Virus record (IMG/VR): IMGVR_UViG_3300046167_000801
Direction: 5' to 3' (one strand)
Length of the DNA stretch: 64,000 bases
Source: a virus
Taxonomy: Duplodnaviria > Caudoviricetes
Positions within the stretch are counted from its first letter, which is position 1. Each line of letters opens with the position of its first letter. The notes under the pieces are model-generated. The model made no database searches. It saw nothing but the letters and a program-made list of their open reading frames with translations, and was not told the origin of the DNA. Shown here one piece after another: positions 58,459-64,000 of this stretch. A program made the position numbers and the translations under genes.

Positions 58459-59196
58459 ATGAGATTATTATTACTGACATTAGTATTAATATTCACAACA
58501 AGTGCACAATCTCAGGTCGTATTTAATGTACCTGAGATTGAAGTACCTGTAAGTGATTACATTAATCTACCCATAGAAATTGAAACTGAGGGTGAGATTG
58601 TCGGTAGTCTTGAATTTGCATTGAATTACGATCCAAACTATTTAGAGTTTGTGTCAATTACGGTGACACCCAAGGCACAGGAGTGGTTAACCTATACAAT
58701 GGACTGGGAAGGCGAAACTGTTAGATGGGGAGGTTATGATCCCTCCTTCGGTAATTTTACCATAATCAATACAACAGAATTATTTACGGTAAGATTTAAA
58801 GTTACTGATCAAAATTGGACAGAAATTCCAATTACAATAGGTAGGAAAACTGCGGGTACCGAATTAGGTTGGGATATTGAAGTTGAAAATACGGATGGGT
58901 ATGTTAATAAACGATCAATGCCTTTCGATACTAGACCTACTGACGGTATTTATGGGATTGTTTATCCAGTCCCAACTAAAGGTCCCATTACGTTCGACCT
59001 GACAGTACCAGATAATGGAGATTATATTATTAGAGTATTAAACTATGGGGGATTAGAATTTTTAAAAGAGAGGAAGTCTTTTTTCGCGGGATGGGTACAA
59101 TTTCAAATGGACTTATCTTCATTACCACAAGGTGTTTATCTCTTACATATTACTAACGGACAATTTGTAAAAACATTTAAAACAATAAAACAATGA
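58459..59196 (+). CDS. cohesin-domain protein with T9SS (Por) type A sorting domain
   Basis: Signal peptide; GSLEFALNYDPNYLEF; IVYPVPT ... DLSSLPQGVYLLHI.NG....FKTIKQ. Confidence 0.75.
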   Translation: MRLLLLTLVLIFTTSAQSQVVFNVPEIEVPVSDYINLPIEIETEGEIVGSLEFALNYDPNYLEFVSITVTPKAQEWLTYTMDWEGETVRWGGYDPSFGNFTIINTTELFTVRFKVTDQNWTEIPITIGRKTAGTELGWDIEVENTDGYVNKRSMPFDTRPTDGIYGIVYPVPTKGPITFDLTVPDNGDYIIRVLNYGGLEFLKERKSFFAGWVQFQMDLSSLPQGVYLLHITNGQFVKTFKTIKQ

Positions 59197-59450
59197 GTAA
59201 AAATAAAGGATTTTTTTCAGAAATTAAAAACCAAATAGTAACAGGTATTGGTTTAGTTATAACGGCGGGTTTCGGACTATTAATTGCTAACATGCAATCT
59301 GTATTTGAACCTAAAGAAGAAAAGGTAAATTTACCTGTCATGGAACAAAAAATAAATACCCCAAGTAGTATAAAGGATACTTTGGTAATAACTAAAACAA
59401 TTGTTATACCTCCTAAGAAAGAGAAAAAAGAAGAAGACATAACATGGTAA
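59193..59450 (+). CDS. small single-TM protein
   Basis: IVTGIGLVITAGFGLLIA helix. Confidence 0.6.
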   Translation: MSKNKGFFSEIKNQIVTGIGLVITAGFGLLIANMQSVFEPKEEKVNLPVMEQKINTPSSIKDTLVITKTIVIPPKKEKKEEDITW

Positions 59451-60148
59451 GAATATTTTTAATTATATCGTTACTATTAAGTTTTACAGTTAAGGCTCAA
59501 TTAGGTAAAACAGAGACCGAAAATTATAAAGGTAAGTTTGAACAGGATATTGATATAGATGAGGTATCTGATTATATGTTAGATTACCAATTACCAATCC
59601 AAGTTTTAAATATTGGTTTTACACCGGAGTTATATGAATTTTACCCCGAATTAAGAGAAAATAGGGTGGGATTAGGTGTTAGTAACATAACTCTATCTTA
59701 TTTGGAATGGACTGATAGATTTTTATTTACGGAAGATAAAGAAGAAATTAAACAAAGAATGGTTAAACAACATAAGGCAGCTGCAAAAGGAATATCATCT
59801 AACGATATTAAGGTTGTGGGTAATGTTGTTTTAGCGGAGTATTTTGTTTATGTCGAAATATATGATTATTCGGTATCTGAAGAAGAGGAAGTTACAATTG
59901 ACGGGGTGAAGACCGTACTAAAAACTATTATTGGTATGCAGGTAAGATTTGTTAATGCTGAGAACGGTACCATTTTTACAGGAAGTGGAAGTGGTGAGGC
60001 GGTCACAATAAAAAGAACTAAAATTGGTTCCGTTAATGATGTAAAGTTCAATAAATCAACAATTGGTATTGCAACTAAAAAGGCGTTGGAATCTGGAACG
60101 GCTCGTATTGTAAAAAGAATGATTAAACGTGGGATATTTGAAGAATAA
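59444..60148 (+). CDS. CsgG-like secreted protein
   Basis: Signal peptide; GLGVSNI...TDRF; AEYFV...I.D ... MQVRFVNAE.GTI..GSG.G; IG.A.KKALE. Confidence 0.6.
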   Translation: MVRIFLIISLLLSFTVKAQLGKTETENYKGKFEQDIDIDEVSDYMLDYQLPIQVLNIGFTPELYEFYPELRENRVGLGVSNITLSYLEWTDRFLFTEDKEEIKQRMVKQHKAAAKGISSNDIKVVGNVVLAEYFVYVEIYDYSVSEEEEVTIDGVKTVLKTIIGMQVRFVNAENGTIFTGSGSGEAVTIKRTKIGSVNDVKFNKSTIGIATKKALESGTARIVKRMIKRGIFEE

Positions 60149-61478
60149 AATAATTGCGGTAATATTATTTTTATTACCATTGGTTGGTTACGGTCAGTGG
60201 TCCTACACGTTTACAGATCCCTGTACTTTAAATCAACAAACAATTCAGATGGGTTCAAGTGATGAAATTGTTCTGAATTATTTTGGTAACGTACAGACAT
60301 TCACACAGCTCGATTTTACTAATGGTACTTTTGATTCGTGGATGAACATAGTTACTCAATCTAACTCTTCAAACCCATGTCAAGAAATATCCCAAATAGT
60401 TACTAATAATACAAATGCAGTGATAGTTCAAAATACTATCACAGTAATTACAAATATAATGAGTGTTTTGGGTGGGGACATGTTACCACAGGCACTATCA
60501 TCATCAGGTGTCCCCGTGGCGGAGGCCATCGATAACGCATCAAAAAAGAAGAAGAAAAGAAAGAAGGGGAAGAATAATACTAAAACCGAAAATTCTAAAG
60601 AACAATCCGTAGGATCCAATAACAAAAGCGAGAATAGGGGTGAATCTAACAATAGTTCTGAACAGTCTAACGAATCAGGTTCTAATGAAACTAACGGTAG
60701 TCAAGGTAACACTAACGAAAACGGTACATCGACAGAAGGTAGTGAAACTGCGACTGAAGAGGAATCAAAAGAAGGTGGGTTAACCATGTCTTTGGCAAAT
60801 TCAGTTTCTAATGCAATAGATGGTGGAGAGTCAGACAATAAAAATAGAGGTTCACTAATAGCATCAGGAGATATCGTGGTTATTGATAACCAAGACAATT
60901 CGAATGGTCGACAAATAAAAGTGGTAGGATCTATTACAAGTGCGAATACAAAAAAGAGTAGAGTCCAAGGTGCGTTATTTACATACACAACCGTAACTAA
61001 TGATTTTAGTTTAACTTTCTACAAATCATGGATAAACCCAAATAGGACATTTAATTTAGTGGGTGCAAACACCACGATGACCAACTTTGATCAAAACCAT
61101 TTAAATACAACTACTGTTTTAGAATCATTTAAGTTTGGTAAAAAGAAATTTACGGGTATGGTGGGTGCTAATTTTACAATAGGTAAATTAGGTAAAAGAG
61201 AATTACAAAATCTATCCGCAGTCAGTGGTATTCATAGAAACTTTAGAGTAACTCCGAAGATCACAACATCGGCTCTAATATTGGGGGTGTATTCTCCATT
61301 CACACAGTATTATGAGGGTCAGTGGTGGGACCCTGGATTATTAATAGTACCATTTAGTTCTTGGGATATTCAAATCACAAAAACATTTAAATATAACATC
61401 AGTTTTACGGGAGTTTGGCAATCGGGAGGTAATGCATTAAACTATCAAGTTCTGACTGGTGGTAAAATCAGATTTTAA
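60129..61478 (+). CDS. secreted/outer-membrane protein with N/S/E-rich linker and beta-rich C-terminus
   Basis: Signal peptide; C-terminal GGKIRF. Confidence 0.55.
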   Translation: MGYLKNKIIAVILFLLPLVGYGQWSYTFTDPCTLNQQTIQMGSSDEIVLNYFGNVQTFTQLDFTNGTFDSWMNIVTQSNSSNPCQEISQIVTNNTNAVIVQNTITVITNIMSVLGGDMLPQALSSSGVPVAEAIDNASKKKKKRKKGKNNTKTENSKEQSVGSNNKSENRGESNNSSEQSNESGSNETNGSQGNTNENGTSTEGSETATEEESKEGGLTMSLANSVSNAIDGGESDNKNRGSLIASGDIVVIDNQDNSNGRQIKVVGSITSANTKKSRVQGALFTYTTVTNDFSLTFYKSWINPNRTFNLVGANTTMTNFDQNHLNTTTVLESFKFGKKKFTGMVGANFTIGKLGKRELQNLSAVSGIHRNFRVTPKITTSALILGVYSPFTQYYEGQWWDPGLLIVPFSSWDIQITKTFKYNISFTGVWQSGGNALNYQVLTGGKIRF

Positions 61479-61480
61479 TT

Positions 61481-61918
61481 ATGAAAAATTTACTAATACT
61501 CTTATTATTCCCAACCCTATTATTTTCACAGGTTGATTGTTATTCTATTAAATCAGTAACCACTGAAATTGAAATGGAAGAAATCAGTAAAAGAAGGATT
61601 ACATTCGGTATAAAACAGATGATGGAAGACATTATCTCAGATAAATACAATTTATGTATGGATGGTAAACCGATTGATGTTATTGTACAATCAATAGAGT
61701 CCCCTCAAACAGGGATCCAACTTGGTCCATGGACGAAAGTGAGTAAAAAAACAATTGTTACTTTACTGATCTACATGGACGGGGAAGTGATTGAGGTGGA
61801 AGGAAGAGCCAAATCTACGGTAGAGTCCACATTTATAGATTTACAAAATGATGATATACCTTTTGATAAGACAACATTTTCATCCGCTGTTAAGAAGGCA
61901 ATAGAAAAGGGGATATAA
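61481..61918 (+). CDS. secreted hypothetical protein
   Basis: Signal peptide, last gene of operon. Confidence 0.6.
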   Translation: MKNLLILLLFPTLLFSQVDCYSIKSVTTEIEMEEISKRRITFGIKQMMEDIISDKYNLCMDGKPIDVIVQSIESPQTGIQLGPWTKVSKKTIVTLLIYMDGEVIEVEGRAKSTVESTFIDLQNDDIPFDKTTFSSAVKKAIEKGI

Positions 61919-61948
61919 AAAAACCCCAACAAGGTTTGCTGGGGTTTT
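61917..61948. terminator. bidirectional intrinsic terminator
   Basis: AAAAAAACCCCA..TGGGGTTTT. Confidence 0.75.
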
Positions 61949-62063
61949 AGGTCTATACTGGTTTCAACACCAATAATTTAACGAGAAAAAACGAAAAGGT
62001 ATTCGACAAAGAGTACCTTTGATGTATAAATATATATATTTTTTAAAAAAGTCAAGTTTTTAG

Positions 62064-64000
62064 TTAAATCAGGGGAATATTTTTTGATAATTCCATGTTT
62101 CCGTCTTTAATTTTTAAGATGAAATCGGAATTCTCCGTAATCTCACCTTCTAAAATCTTATCACTTATAAAATCCTCACACAGGTTTTGTATGATTCGTT
62201 TTATTGGTCTCGCACCATACTCTTCTTCAGAATTTCTATTTAAAACTTCTTGACTTACACTACGATCAAATTTTATTTTGTAATCACTCTCGATAAGTCT
62301 TTTTGATAATTTATTTAACTCGATAGTGATAATTTTTTTAAGTGACTTATCTTGTAGTTTATTGAATACAATAATATCATCGATTCTATTTAAGAATTCA
62401 GGACTAAATTTTTGTTTCAATGATTTTTTAATGATTGAGTCTTTTACTTTAGCCCTATCACCGTCAGATGTAAAACCTACACCCCCACCAAAATCGGCAA
62501 CTTTCTTAGCACCGACGTTCGACGTCATTATTATCAAAGTATTAGTAAAATTTACTTTCCTACCAAATGAATCTGTTAACCTACCCTCATCCAATATTTG
62601 AAGTAGGATATTGAAGACATCTTTATGTGCCTTTTCTATTTCGTCAAATAAGACAACTGAAAATGGATTATTCTTAATTTTCTCGGTTAACTGACCACCT
62701 TCTTCAAATCCGACATAACCCGGAGGAGACCCAATTAGTTTGGAAACATTGTGTTTTTCCATGAATTCACTCATATCTACCCTTATAATCTTGTCGGGAT
62801 CTCCAAATAAGGTATTGGCTAATGTTTTTGCTAAGTGTGTTTTACCCACACCAGTAGATCCTAAGAACATGAAAGAACCAATAGGTTTATTATGACCCTT
62901 AACACCAACCCTATTTCTTCTTATTGATTTTGATATGATCTCAACGGCATCGTCTTGTCCAATAACATTTTTGGATATTGTTTTCTCTAAAGATAATAGT
63001 GATTTGGTTTCCTTAGTATCTAATTTATTAATTGGTACCCCTGTGATGTCGGTAATAATATTATAAACATCGTCCACTGAAATAGGTTTCTTATTTAGTT
63101 GTTGTTCTTTATTCCATTTTTTCTTTTCATTATCTAATTTCTTGAGGATCTTTCTTTCTTGATCTCTAAGGTTTGCTGCCTTTTCGTAATCCTGATTCTT
63201 TACAACTTCTAATTTTTTAATTCTAATAGATTCACAACTTTTTTTCAGTTTCTCTATAGATTCTGGTATCTTAATATTTATTTTTTTCTGTGATCCTAAT
63301 TCATCCAAAACATCGATAGCCTTATCAGGGAATTGTTTGTCCGTAATAAATCGTTTACATAACTTCACAATAGTTTCAATTACGTCTTTTTGATAATCGA
63401 CTCTATGATAGTCCTCATAAGAATCTTTTAAATTCTTTAAAATATCGATAGTTTCTACCGTTGTCGGTTCTTCTAATATAATCTTTTGGAATCTTCTTAC
63501 AAGAGCACCGTCCTTCTCAATATTTTTCTTATACTCATCGAAAGTGGTTGCCCCTATACATTGTATCTCACCTCTTGCAAGTGCCGGTTTAAGTATGTTA
63601 GCGGCATCCATAGAACCCGAAGCGTTACCCGCACCAACCATGGTGTGTATCTCGTCAATGAAAATAATCACATTAGGTGCGTCTTGTAGTTCGTTTAGAA
63701 TTACTTTAATTCTTTCTTCAAATTGACCTCTATATTTTGTCCCCGCAACTAAAGACGTTAAATCCAACGACATAATCCTTTTATCTAAAAGATTGGTAGG
63801 ACAGTTACCCGCACTTATAAGTAGTGCAAGTTTTTCCACTAATGCGGATTTACCAACTCCCGCTTCACCAACAATGACAACATTGTTTTTCTTTTTACGA
63901 GATAATATTTGTGCAATACGATGTACCTCTTTATCTCTACCAATGATAGGATCGATATCCCCATCTAATGCTAATTGTGTTAGGTCTCGTGAAAAATTAT
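62064..64000 (-). CDS. ClpA/B/C-family AAA+ ATPase (5' end beyond window)
   Basis: DPIIGRDKE, GEAGVGKS, AGTKYRGQFEER, FIDEIH, GQDDA, FLGSTGVGKT, DMSEFMEKH.VSKLIGSPPGYVG, YGARP. Confidence 0.93.
   Translation of the reverse strand, partial: NFSRDLTQLALDGDIDPIIGRDKEVHRIAQILSRKKKNNVVIVGEAGVGKSALVEKLALLISAGNCPTNLLDKRIMSLDLTSLVAGTKYRGQFEERIKVILNELQDAPNVIIFIDEIHTMVGAGNASGSMDAANILKPALARGEIQCIGATTFDEYKKNIEKDGALVRRFQKIILEEPTTVETIDILKNLKDSYEDYHRVDYQKDVIETIVKLCKRFITDKQFPDKAIDVLDELGSQKKINIKIPESIEKLKKSCESIRIKKLEVVKNQDYEKAANLRDQERKILKKLDNEKKKWNKEQQLNKKPISVDDVYNIITDITGVPINKLDTKETKSLLSLEKTISKNVIGQDDAVEIISKSIRRNRVGVKGHNKPIGSFMFLGSTGVGKTHLAKTLANTLFGDPDKIIRVDMSEFMEKHNVSKLIGSPPGYVGFEEGGQLTEKIKNNPFSVVLFDEIEKAHKDVFNILLQILDEGRLTDSFGRKVNFTNTLIIMTSNVGAKKVADFGGGVGFTSDGDRAKVKDSIIKKSLKQKFSPEFLNRIDDIIVFNKLQDKSLKKIITIELNKLSKRLIESDYKIKFDRSVSQEVLNRNSEEEYGARPIKRIIQNLCEDFISDKILEGEITENSDFILKIKDGNMELSKNIPLI

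Noticed and set aside
500-63726. Many short antisense ORFs in the six-frame track (e.g. 500..763, 9221..9496, 21236..21541, 47916..48224, 59866..60180)
   Set aside because: Shadow ORFs fully overlapping better-supported genes, with no motifs.
1-64000. Alternative genetic code (stop reassignment)
   Set aside because: Long conserved genes read intact in the standard code; the breaks seen are frameshifts, not in-frame stops.
1-64000. Bacterial chromosome or IS/transposon origin
   Set aside because: No ribosomal or housekeeping operons, transposases or IS ends; gene size, homing nucleases, lysis genes and the tRNA/tmRNA cluster fit a large phage.

Overview
This 64 kb window is AT-rich, densely coding DNA from a large (jumbo/huge-type) tailed phage, most likely infecting Bacteroidota. 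The host call rests on TAnnTTTG/-33 TTTG promoters, a T9SS sorting-domain cargo protein and Bacteroidota-style lipoproteins. Layout: (1) 0.1-3.7 kb, plus-strand HNH/oxygenase genes followed by an iteron-like noncoding zone. (2) 3.7-18.2 kb, a minus-strand block of ~30 small early-type genes in terminator-spacer-promoter cassettes, punctuated by ~38 copies (counted by eye) of a 13-bp motif TGCCRAWTARAAT set as inverted arms around GC-rich spacers; one 67-bp spacer occurs flipped at two sites. (3) 18.2-55 kb, homing nucleases, glycan-synthesis genes, peptidoglycan hydrolases, many proteins sharing an MKKIxLTExQ-type N-terminus (one with an annexin-like repeat), a tmRNA and 4 tRNAs. (4) 55-62 kb, holin/endolysin followed by a secreted PA14-dockerin / cohesin-dockerin / cohesin-T9SS / CsgG-like operon. 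(5) A Clp-family AAA+ ATPase truncated at the window edge. All domain calls come from motif recognition by eye; no database searches were run.
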